A stretch of DNA of 64,000 nucleotides from Narcine bancroftii (Eukaryota), in NCBI RefSeq assembly GCF_036971445.1, contig NC_091474.1:169694001-169758000 (forward strand), given 5' to 3'. Positions within the stretch are counted from its first letter, which is position 1. Each line of letters opens with the position of its first letter. The notes beneath the pieces were generated by a model. It was not told where the DNA came from. It worked only from the letters and a program-made list of their open reading frames with translations, and ran no database searches. A program made the translations under genes and the position numbers. Below are positions 27,667 through 38,456 of the stretch, one piece after another.

Positions 27667-28374
27667 TGTAATGGAAGATTCTGTGTTTTTTTAAATTTTT
27701 GCAGCCTTTGCTTCTGCAAGGCTGAGAACCTGCTGGTTTTTAGAATCAGCAGACATGAGCTAAATTCCACCGAGGGGCCAGAGATGCAGTTATCTGACAA
27801 AAGGACATCTGTGTACCAAGAACATTTATTGTTTTGGTCACAGACTGTCAGAGGCCTAGCCTTGATGCAAAATAAACCATTGTATTCAAAGTGATAAGCT
27901 GAAAATTATGTTATTCGATTGAAGCCTAGCATGCTAGCTTGTTCGCTTATCTTTCTTGCTGAGCTGGGAATAGGTGCTTGGGTAAGCAGTTTTTGGGTAA
28001 TATAAGCCATGGTTCCGCTGCTGAAGTTTGAGACTCTCCGAGAGGTGGCAACATCTCTCAGCAAGAAGAAGAACTTCTAGAGTCCAGCCAACGTCTCGGT
28101 TGGGGGAGGTGGAGAAGCTGCTACTGGCGCCCTGACAACCTACTACAAATGTGCAGTCCTTGCCTCGCTTCGGCAGTTCGGACCAGTCCAGGTGTTGATA
28201 AGTATAGTTGGGAGGGGCTTGCATATTGTAGTGTGAAATCAGCTTTTGAATTTGTAATAAACATTTGTATAAACTGAACTGCTCTCGGTGTGTGTGTCTA
28301 TTTTCTTTCGGTAGCTTAAGCACTGTGACCAATCTAAAACGAACAAAGTGAGAGGTATAAGTTTACCCAAGACA
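27667..28374 (+). mobile_element. Solo LTR (708 bp)
   Basis: Begins TGTAATGG, ends CAAGACA, perfect 5-bp TSD CAGTG (27662-27666 and 28375-28379); AATAAA near 28255. Confidence 0.85.
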
Positions 28375-29326
28375 CAGTGTAATAACTCCGTTCATCAGTC
28401 AGCATCTGAAGAAGCAAAAGGAATGTTCAAGTTTGAGACCCTACATAAGGACTGAATCAGGTGCTGAAGTTGAGATATTATGAATTTCCATTGCTCAAAA
28501 ATGTATTCACCCAGGCCTCGTTGCTTGATCCTAGAATTTATCTGGCTCTCCTTATGTTTTTGAAGTCTGTTCTCACTGGTAGTTTTATCTCCAGTGACAA
28601 TTAATATGAAGTTGCTGATAATTTATTCAATTTGACTGATTCAACAAGCATATTACAGCTGTTTGAACTCAGATGCCATTGATACATAGGGAAGAATGTC
28701 AACTTCTGTCTGACCTGGTAGCATGTTTGGAGAGTGAGAGTAACCCACTCAAGCCATCATAGGCAAAGCCAATGTAGTATTCAGCTTCAAGCTTCATTCA
28801 CCAGGTGCCTGTAAGTTATTTGAACCAGACTTCAAAAACATAATGAGAGCCGGGAGAGGAGTCACGTGATGGAGTAGTGGCCGGACGGTGAATTCCAGCC
28901 CTCTCCAGAAAAGTCGGGAAAAACAAAGGAAAACACAAAGGCACGGAAATAAAAGTTACAGAAAAGTGAGTATAAAGGTGGAAAGAAGATGGCGACAAAA
29001 AAAGAAAAATCGAAAGCAACGGTAAGAAGAGAGGAAGAGAAGACAAAGGAGGAAAAAGGTGAAGGCCTTACCTGTCCGAAGAGGCCCGCTGCGGAAACCC
29101 GCTCCCTCAGGTCGGTAAATAATGGACTACAAAAATGGCTCGCTGAGCCGAGTAAAAGTGCGCAACCGCGCATGAAAAAAAACACACCGACGGGAGGGGG
29201 GACCAGCTGGGGAGTCGATCTCCACAGCCGGCAACGACAGCTGCAGAACACCTGCAGCAAGAAGAGACCACAGAAGACAATGGAAAAAAGAAAGAAGAGA
29301 AGGAAAGGGCAACAAAGAAACAACAG

Positions 29327-30181
29327 ATGGCCAACCCAGAGGAAGAAGAAGAGGAAGAGGAAGAGTACAGTGAAATAGAAGAAGAAAAGAAAGGCAAGGT
29401 AAAGAAGGTACTTTCTCTTATTAAAGGATACATGGAGTCATTTAAAGAATGGCAAACACAGGAATTTAATGATTTAAGAAAAAAAATAAACAACACAGAA
29501 GAGAAAATGAATAAAATAGAGATGACCTTAACAGAAATGGGAAAGAAAATGGACAAGATGGAAGAGCGGGCAGTAGCAGCAGAAATGGAGGTAGAAGACT
29601 TAAAAAAGAAATTGGAGGAATCTAATAAAAAAACTAAAGAGACACAAGAACTACTAGCTCAAAAAATAGATACAATGGAAAATTATAACAGAAGAAATAA
29701 CATAAAGATAGTGGGCCTTAAGGAAGATGAAGAAGGCAAGAATATGAGGGAGTTTATAAAAGAGTGGATCCCTAAGACCCTAGGATGTCCAGAACTACAG
29801 CAAGAAATGGAAATAGAAAGGGCACATAGAGTATTGGCCTCTAAACCACAACCACAACAAAAACCAAGATCTATTGTAGTAAAATTCCTAAGATATACTA
29901 CAAGAGAAAAGGTACTGGAGAAGACAATGGAAAAAGTAAGAGAGGGCAACAAACCATTGGAGTATAAAGGGCAAAAAATCTTCATTTATCCAGATATAAG
30001 TTTTGAACTCCTAAAGAAGAGAAAAGAGTTCAATACAGCAAAGGCGATTTTATGGAAGAAAGGGTATAAATTTATACTAAAGCATCCAGCGGTATTGAAA
30101 ATATTTATTCCAGGACAACAAAACAGACTATTCTCGGATCCAGAAGAAGCACGAAAATTTGCAGAACAATTACAAAAATAG
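29327..30181 (+). CDS. L1 ORF1p-like RNA-binding protein (coiled coil, RRM, CTD), 284 aa, uninterrupted
   Basis: Heptad-rich N-terminal half then ENYNRRNNIKIVGL, IERAHR, PRSIVVKF, IFIYPDIS and HPAVLKI motifs typical of L1 ORF1p. Confidence 0.9.
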   Translation: MANPEEEEEEEEEYSEIEEEKKGKVKKVLSLIKGYMESFKEWQTQEFNDLRKKINNTEEKMNKIEMTLTEMGKKMDKMEERAVAAEMEVEDLKKKLEESNKKTKETQELLAQKIDTMENYNRRNNIKIVGLKEDEEGKNMREFIKEWIPKTLGCPELQQEMEIERAHRVLASKPQPQQKPRSIVVKFLRYTTREKVLEKTMEKVREGNKPLEYKGQKIFIYPDISFELLKKRKEFNTAKAILWKKGYKFILKHPAVLKIFIPGQQNRLFSDPEEARKFAEQLQK

Positions 30182-30320
30182 ACTGAGGGAGGAAGACGGG
30201 TAATGAGAGTAAAAATGATCACGATTGATATGTATGTGGGTAAAGACAAAAATAGACTGAGGGATGAAGACGGGTAATGAGAGTAAAAATGATCACGATT
30301 GATATGTATGCGAGTAAAGA
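30174..30320 (+). repeat. Tandem duplication, 2 x 74 bp, in the half-L1 inter-ORF region
   Basis: gactgaggga.gaagacgggtaatgagagtaaaaatgatcacgattgatatgtatg starts at 30181 and again at 30255. Confidence 0.9.
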
Positions 30321-33034
30321 GGTATAAGAGTGAATAGAGACAATGTGCATACGTGAATGTATCTGTACTTAGAGGAAAATATAGATAGTATAGACAAGAA
30401 TTAATAAGGGAAGGTAATGGAATAGAGAGAATAAGGAGGGAATTAAAAGAGTGACCTTTGTGACATATGAAAAGTGAAATCTTTTCGGGGGGGCGGGGTG
30501 GGGGGAAATAGCGGTCACTGCAAAATCAGTTGATGCTTGCGAGTGGATTCGCAAATCCAAATGGAGAGGGGAGATGTGGTTGTCCGACAAGGGATAAAGG
30601 ACAACTCAGGAGGGGAAGGGGAGATTGGGGATAAATAAGATAGAAATAGGAGAATAAGGAAAATGTTGGATGTTGTAGGAATGTTGTCTTATAAAGAGTT
30701 GAAAATAAGAAAACAGAAATGGAAAAGGAGGAAAGGTAATGATGGAAAAATGGAAAGAGAAGATAAACAAAATATAAAAGGGCTACGCTGAACTATATGA
30801 CTTTAAATATTAATGGAATACATAACCAAATTAAAAGGAAGAAACTACTAAATTTAAATGAATAAATGTATTCCATTAGAAAAAATAACATATAGGTTAA
30901 GAAATAATATTGAAATATTCGAACAAGTATAGGAGCCTTACATTAAATACAATAGCGAAAACCTACCGGGGACAAACATTACCTAAGTTGATGGAAGGAG
31001 AAGGAAAGAAAAGAATGGACTCAGTAGAATTTCTGGTGTATTTTTGTTGAATGACAACATTGTCTGACTGGCTTAATGCAACCTAGATTGTATACCTAAA
31101 ATGGATGAGGGGGGGGGGTGGGGGGGTGGCTTGGGAGGAGGGAGGGGGGGGGGGGAGGAGAAAAAGTCACTGTATATGTGTGAAAAAGAAATAGTGTATA
31201 TCATGGCTAATGTGATTTATGGTGTGAAAAATAAAAATTAAAAAAAAACATAATGAGAGCCAGATAAATTCTAGGATCAAACAACATGGCCTTTCTAGTT
31301 GTGAGAGGAAGGGAATTTAGGAAGCCAGTTCAATGGGTGCATAAATGACACTAAGGTAATCCCGAAATCTTCATATTGGCCAAGTTGTGGTCAATTATTT
31401 TTGTGGAACCAAATAAGTTTCTCCAGATTCCACAAAATTTAGTACAATAAATTTCCAATGCAATTTTCTAAAAAATACTCCAATAGCTTATTAAGACATT
31501 CATTACCTGTTAGACAAGAAATGACCAATAATCAATTTACCAATGCCCACTTTGCTTTTGTCAGGACCATTTAGCTTCACACCACAACAAAACCTTGGAT
31601 GAAACAAGGATGCAAGAAATGAACTTCCATTTTTGGGTTTAAAATGACTGCCCTCAATACTGGTGGTACTTAACCAAGCATGGCTCCAAGGTACCAGAGT
31701 TCAGCTGAAGTCAATGGGCATTAAGGAGTTATAAATACTTTAGTAAAGAGATTCTTGCCTCTTGCAAAGGAAGGTGGGTGTGGTTGCTGAGGGCCAAGCA
31801 TTCAAGACCCAAGACAACAGAGCAGTAGTTCCGCAGGGCAATGTCCAAGACATGGCCATTTTCAACTGCTCACCAATGACACTCCTTTCATTTAAGGTCA
31901 AAGTGGGGAAAGTGCACTAATGATCAAGCTTTACTCAGTTCTAAATGGAGACTCATTAAAGGATCTCGACTGACCCACCGAGTTCCTCTAGACTATTAAT
32001 TCAGTCAAAATTTTAGTCTCTGCAATTTTAGTATTTTACTAAGTTTAACTCTTCACCAATAAAGTAATCCATGCTGCTGTGCAGCAAAACCCAGGTAGCA
32101 GCCAGACATGAGCAGATGAGCAACATGAACCAGTTGAAATACAAAGGAGTCTGACATCTCCAACAACCTATTCTTGATAATCAATTGCATTAACAATGCC
32201 AGTAACTCACATGGAATAACAACATGAATCCTGTGACCATAAAAGTAGGTCAAATGCACTTCTTGAACCCCTAATATTTTATCACAATGTACAAAATACA
32301 TCAAGAATGTGCTTTATCTGCATTTGTACAATTTAGGAGTACCCAGTCAACCTAACAACATCCAAGATAAAACAGTCTACTTCATTTATATTTAACATAT
32401 TTAACATACTAAACATTTACTCATTCCAACACATATATATGGTGTCTACCAATGTGTACTGTCGACAAACTGCACTATGAATACTTGATTCGGCTACCCC
32501 GTTAGCATCTCCAAAATGAAGGAGAAGGGCTTCAAGTACTTGGAAACACTACAACTTGCAGTTTTCACCCTGGGTGCATACCATCCTGACTTGGAAATAA
32601 ATGTATCACTGTTTCTTCAGTGAAACTGATTTGACACCTGCATCACTTTTATCTTGATCGAGACTGATTGGATGGCAATTAGCTGGGTTGGATTCACAAT
32701 GGACTCCGCTGGTAACTGATTCAAGCACTTCTATACAGGTCAAGTACCCCTTATCTGAAGATCCAAAAGCCAAAAATATCCAACATGATGTCACAAGCTG
32801 AAAAAAAAATCACCACCTGACTTGCCTATGTGGGGTTCTGACACACTGTAGGCATCAGTTTGGTAACAACAGAGCTCTGTGGTACAAAACAAAATCTTTG
32901 CTTCTGGCCGGGAAGATGCCAAATGGAGCTGGCGATGGCAACTCCATTGTCAACATTGGGTGAGGTGCCATCTGTATTAAAGAAGTTGCTTTGGGCTCCT
33001 GCGCAGGAGCAGAGACTGTAGTTGGGGACCAGCG

Positions 33035-35161
33035 TTTATCCTCTGAATGTATTATTTCTTTAGATGCCGAAAAGGTGTTGAATAGAGTAGAATGGAAATA
33101 TTTATTTTGAGTACTAGAGAAATTTAATGATTTATTAGTTAGATTAAATTGATATACCTATCCCCTACATCTTAAATTTTCTCTAATTCAATTAAATCCA
33201 AACCCTTTAAACTGCATTGTGGAACCAGACAGGGTTGTCCCTTAACCCTTTTCTATTTAATTTGGCTTTAGAACCATTAGCGGTCACTTTTCAGCAATCA
33301 GCAGAGATCTCTGGAATCTCTAGAGCTGGAAATATTCATAAAGTGTCTCTCTATGCTGATGATCTTCTGCTATATTTATCCAATCCTGTCTGTTCGATTC
33401 TACATATTTTGTTACTTCTCAGTCAATTTGGTCAGTTTTCAGGTTATAAATTAAATTTGCAAAAGAGTGAAATATTAGTTCTGAATTCTTCCTGCTCCTT
33501 TGATTTCTCTGTCCCTTTTAAAATTGTTAAAAATCAATTTAACTATCTAGGCATTACCATTACTAAAAATTTTAAGTGGACGTGTTAATATTATCAAAAT
33601 TAATATTTTACCTAAATTCTTATATATCTTTCAAGCTGTATCAGTTTTTGTTCCTAAATCCTTCTTTGATTCATTAGATTATTTCATCTTTTCTTTAGTT
33701 TGGGAAAAAAAAAGCACCCCTGCCTCAAAATAAATCCTTCAAAATACAAAAATAAATGGAGATTTGGCATTACTTAATTTTAGAATTTATTACTTGGCAG
33801 TGAATATTAGATACATTACTATTTGAATTCATTATAATGAATATGAAAGTGCTTCAACATGGATTGACCTCGAAATTATATCTTCTAAATGGTGCTCTCT
33901 CATTTTGATACTTGGAGCACCCTTGCCTTTTTTGGCTTACAAGTTAACTGATAATCTGGTAACCAGACAAACTTTGAGAATTTGGTTTCAATTTATAAAA
34001 CACTTTGGTTACCATAGAATTTTATTGATTAGCCCTATTCTACATAATTCCTTTTTACTCCCTTTGATCCAAGATATTATTTATACTCAGTGGCTAAGCT
34101 TGGGTATCCAATCTTTCCTAGATCTATACATTGAACAAAACTTGGCTTCTTTTGAACAATTATCTATTAACTTTAAAATACCTAAACATAATTTTTTTTT
34201 GTAATTTACAGATTCTGAGCTTCTTAAATTCTTTTTGAAGCTTTCACGGGATTTAGACTTTAAACTTATTTGAGAAGTATATAATTTTAAACCTAGTCAT
34301 AAAGGATTCCTTTCTGCCCTTTATGAACTGTTCTCAGATCTAGGGACAGTTCCCTGGGTGATACTAAGAAATTATGGGAACAAGATTTTCAACAACCATT
34401 TGCCGAAACTACATGGGATTCTATTTTGAAACATGTTCACTCTTCTTCTTCTTGTTCTAGACACACTTTTCTAAGGTTCAGTTTGCCAAATTTTATCCCA
34501 ATATTATCTCTAAATGTGAAAATTACATAACTGAGAAAGATACACTGTATCATATGTTTTGAGTATGTCCTTCTCTCTTTAATTTTTTGAAAGGGATATT
34601 TCACACTTTATCATGAGTTCTTAATATTAATATGACTCCTAGTCCTTTCATTACTCTTTTTAGAGTGAGTGAGCCAATAGGTTTATTACTGTCTTCCTCA
34701 CAATCCCATGCTTGCCTCATTGCTAGAAGGGCCATTTTGCTGAGATGGAAAGATGCTGTCCCTCCCACTTATACTCAATGGCTATTGGATATGATGGCAT
34801 GTCTTTAGAAAAAAATAGGTGTTCTACTACTGCAATGGATCTTAACTTTCTTTCTCTTTGGAGTACTTTTCACAATTACTTTCAAAATTTGTAGATTATT
34901 CATCTCTGCATTTTTTAAATGACCCCATACTTATTATTATTAGTGGTGGACTCCTTAATTTGGCCAGCAACTCTCATGGGGTGGGGTTAGTTTAGTTTAA
35001 GAATATATTGTTTATTTTTAGTTTTTTCTAATTTATAACATGGGTTCATATGTACCTTGTTTATTGTTACATGATACTTGAAAATTGATATTAACTTTAT
35101 TATTATTAATATATGTACCTATGTATTTTGTTTCTATTAAAACCAATAAAAAGACTGAAAA
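33035..35161 (+). mobile_element. L1-clade LINE, 5'-truncated and decayed
   Basis: SLDAEK, GTRQGCPL.P.LFNLALEPLA and KVSLYADDLLLY motifs, CCHC remnant, AATAAA and A-tail; TSD agttggggacc(ag/gg) at ~33020-33034 and ~35162-35176. Confidence 0.88.
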
Positions 35162-35164
35162 AGT

Positions 35165-36195
35165 TGGGGACCGGTGGCAGCGGTGGGAAGGTGTTGGGAC
35201 CGGCAGTGGCTGTGGTTAGGTGTCGGTACCGGCAGTGGCGGTGGTTAGGTTTCGGTACCGGCAGTGGCGGTGGTTAGGTGTCAGTACCGGCAGTGGCAGT
35301 GGTTAGGTGTCGGTACCGGCAGTGGCAGTGGTTAGGTGTCGGAACCGGCAGTGGCGGTGGTTAGGTTTCGGTACCGGCAGTGGCGGTGGTTAGGTGTCGG
35401 TACCGGCAGTGGCGGTGGTTAGGTTTCGGTACCGGCAGTGGCGGTGGTTAGGTGTCAGTACCGGCAGTGGTGGAGGTGAGGTGTCAGTACCGGCAGTGGC
35501 AGTGGTTAGGTGTTGGTACCGGCAGTGGCAGTGGTTAGGTGTCGGTACCGGCAGTGGCAGTGGTTAGGTGTCGGTACCGGCAGTGGCGGTGGTTAGGTTT
35601 CGGTACCGGCAGTGACGGTGGGAAGGTGTTGGGACCGGCAGTGGCAGTGGTTAGGTGTCGGTACCGGCAGTGGCAGTGGTTAGGTGTCGGTACCGGCAGT
35701 GGCGGTGGTTAGGTTTCGGTACCGGCAGTGGCGGTGGGAAGGTGTCAGGACCGGCAGTGGCTGTGGTTAGGTGTTGGTACCGGCAGTGGCAGTGGTTAGG
35801 TGTCGGTACCGGCAGTGGCAGTGGTTAGGTGTCGGTACCGGCAGTGGCAGTGGTTAGGTGTCGGTACCGGCAGTGGCGGTGGTTAGGCTTCGGTACCGGC
35901 AGTGGCGGTGGGAAGGTGTTGGGACCGGCAGTGGCAGTGGTTAGGTTTTGGTACCGGCAGTGGCAGTGGTTAGGTGTCGGTACCGGCAGTGGCTGTGGTT
36001 AGGTGTCGGTACCGGCAGTGGCGGTGGTTAGGTGTCGGTACCGGCAGTGGCGGTGGGAAGGTGTCGGGACCGGCAGTGGCGGTGGTTAGGTGTCGGTACC
36101 GGCAGTGGCGGTGGTTAGGTGTCGGTACCGGCAGTGGCGGTGGTTAGATGTCGGTACCGGCAGTGGTGGAGGTGAGGTGTTGGGGACCAGTGGGG
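35165..36195 (+). repeat. 29-bp GC-rich minisatellite, about 35 copies
   Basis: Unit GGTACCGGCAGTGGC(G/A)GTGGTTAGGT(G/T)TC; period 29 (ggtacc at 35225 and 35254). Confidence 0.97.
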
Positions 36196-36810
36196 AGCAC
36201 CGGCAGCAGCAGGTGGGAGGTTGTCTTCTTTGTAAGCAGAAATCGTTTTGGTTTTGGTAAGCACTAAACACCATTTCATGTGAATTTTCTACTTGTGGCA
36301 TCATGTTGGAGCTCTAAAAGCTGGTGGTTTTGCTTGTTGTTGCTGTTTAACTGCTGATACAGGTTTTCCGCTCCTGCGACTGTTTATTGTTCTAAAATAA
36401 AAAAAACTTAAAAACCAAAAAATGTCTCAAACATTTCAGTTAAGGGGTACTTGACCTGCAGTATACTTCTCACCCAATGAACTGACTAACAGTTTAGACA
36501 GAAATGTATGGGTTGATTGCTTTATTCTTCAGGTCAATTCAAAGGGATCACAAGGCGAATGTATTTTACACTATATCTGGTAGATAGCAGTCAAAAGGAA
36601 ATTACCATTTGTATAAATTGTAATGTTACTTGTGGTATCTGACTTGGCAATTAGCAGGAGTATGTAGTTTTGGGCAATAGTCTAAATTGGAACCTACAGA
36701 ATTGCAGCTTAACAAAAAATAATAAATGGTAGCATTTGTTTCTCCGTATGAGAAAATGTGGATGGGAAATTCTCTTCAACTTTGAGATAGTGTTAGTTTG
36801 AAGTACCTAC

Positions 36811-36921
36811 CTCAGACAATGCAGTGTTATGATGTGCAAATGTCGCCGATCTGACGTTATTAAATGGATCTCCAGTTTTAGCAGCCATATCTTGCTTCAC
36901 CAAGAGGGCAAGGTCCACCAG
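36811..36921 (-). CDS. SUPT3H: SUPT3H internal coding exon (111 nt, phase 0 to 0)
   Basis: [37 protein letters not shown] vs human [36 protein letters not shown]; acceptor ttaag, donor GAG|gtaggt. Confidence 0.95.
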
Positions 36922-37414
36922 CTTAATAAGAATACATTGAGGAGAACTTAGGATGAGATTTTAGCACGTGTTTAACTGGGGATTGCATGAATCATGAAAC
37001 ATTCATATAACCAAAAAATTGCACCAATCTCTTGTGAATTGGATGTGCTCAAGCAATTCAGATGGTTTTGTTGTTAATAATAGAATAAATTAAAATTAGA
37101 AAAAGGCAATTCTACTAAACCTCCCACAACTCATACCTCCTCTAAAACATGCATTAAAAAGGCTAATATACAACCATGCTTGGAAGTATAAATTGGATTA
37201 TTTTGTCACATTGACAACCTCCTTCTCAGCCCCTCCCCTTTCCCTATTATAGTTCATTAATGTACAGATTTCATTGACGGTGGACTATGAAAATTATTTT
37301 CACAGCTGGCTACCAAAACTCATGACCTCTGAGTTGCTGATCCACCATGCACGCCATACCTATTAAAGGCAGGTAATTCAGAGACACCAGTGCAAAAGCC
37401 AGTTTAAATTTATT

Positions 37415-37718
37415 TAATCTTTGGCTTGGCTTCGCAGACGAAGATTTATGGAGGGGTAAAGTCCACGTCAGCTGCAGGCTCGTTTGTGGCTGACAAGTCC
37501 GATGCGGGACAGGCAGACACGATTGCAGCGGTTGCAAGGGAAAATTGGTTGGTTGGGGTTGGGTGTTGGGTTTTTCCTCCTTTGCCTTTTGTCAGTGAGG
37601 TAGGCTCTGCGGTCTTCTTCAAAGGAGGTTGCTGCCCGCCGAACTGTGAGGTGCCAAGATGCACGGTTTGAGGCGAGATCAGCCCACTGGCGGTGGTCAA
37701 TGTGGCAGACACCAAGAG
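37415..37718 (-). mobile_element. RTE LINE 3' fragment, same family as 24989-26204
   Basis: Near-identical to 25005-25303. Confidence 0.92.
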
Positions 37719-37758
37719 CTATTAGAAAATAACTATTTTATTAAAATTTGCACATTAC

Positions 37759-37871
37759 CTGGGCCACTGTTTCATAAGCTAAATATGCCATAATCTCCAA
37801 AGCGACTGGATTAGGCTTGACCTCCATGTTGCTGCAGTCTAACCAGTCTTTAAATTTACTTGATTTCTTGG
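37759..37871 (-). CDS. SUPT3H: SUPT3H internal coding exon (113 nt, phase 1 to 0)
   Basis: (A)[37 protein letters not shown] vs human [38 protein letters not shown]; acceptor aacag, donor CAG|gtaatg. Confidence 0.97.
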
Positions 37872-38456
37872 CTGTTAATTGTGCAAAAAAAAATATTAAT
37901 TGATGTGGAAAAAAAGCCGCACTCCTATGCATTTTACAGCAGTAGACATAGAAACAAAACCTAAATGTCAAAGATTTTTTAACATGTCATCCTGATCTTA
38001 AAATCTATTCAACACTATGGAACTAATTTCCAAATTTCCACAACTAACATTCATTAAAAGTATCACTTAATCCTTTGTTTACAAAGTACATTTGTATTCA
38101 CCAACTGATGGCTTTTAACATTAATATTTTTTTGTATTTTTTCTGAAAAGCAAGATTTGTTTTACTCAGTTTGATCAATTATTTAGTAAGCAATGAATTT
38201 AATTTTTCAAAAGTCCAGATTTTAAAATTTATTAATTCTAATGATTATTCTCATTATTATTTTGAATAAACCTCAGACAGAATCTAAAATCTAGACAAAC
38301 ATTATGAACTTTAATTAGTTTATTTACCAATTTTATGTTACAATCTGCTCTGTAAATAGATTTCTTAAATTCTCATTTTCACTCTCAATTTTTTCGCTTA
38401 ACACCAATCATTCTCTTCCACTTTTCTTCTCTACACATTTACATTCATTCTTTCTC

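Larger units (their letters stand above)
28852..31243 (+). mobile_element. L1-derived non-autonomous element (HAL1-like): 5'UTR, intact ORF1, ORF2 almost entirely deleted, G-rich 3'UTR, A-tail
   Basis: 18-bp TSD AAAAACATAATGAGAGCC (28834-28851 and 31244-31261); CpG-rich 5'UTR; ORF2 N-terminus (MTLNINGIHNQIKRKKLL) fused near 30857 to ORF2 C-terminus (LEKITY...FEQV*EPY). Confidence 0.9.
28513..31292. mobile_element. Foldback/MITE element with ~57-bp inverted arms (~370 bp without the insertion), right arm interrupted by the half-L1
   Basis: 28513-28569 is the reverse complement of 28825-28851 joined to 31262-31292, with few mismatches. Confidence 0.75.
32736..36458. mobile_element. Tc1/mariner (pogo/Tigger-like) MITE expanded by nested insertions
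   Basis: TIRs TA|caggtcaagtaccccttatctgaa and ttcagttaaggggtacttgacctg. Confidence 0.8.

Noticed and set aside
28989-29378. 129-aa basic ORF overlapping the ORF1 start
   Set aside because: Low-complexity product of the purine-rich L1 5'UTR with no recognisable domain; a uORF role cannot be excluded but is unsupported.
29107-30249. Long minus-strand hydrophobic ORFs opposite ORF1
   Set aside because: Shadow frames of the A-rich ORF1 sequence.
35165-36195. CRISPR-like array of 29-bp units with a palindrome
   Set aside because: Units are contiguous with no unique spacers, there are no cas genes, and the context is a eukaryotic intron; it is a minisatellite.
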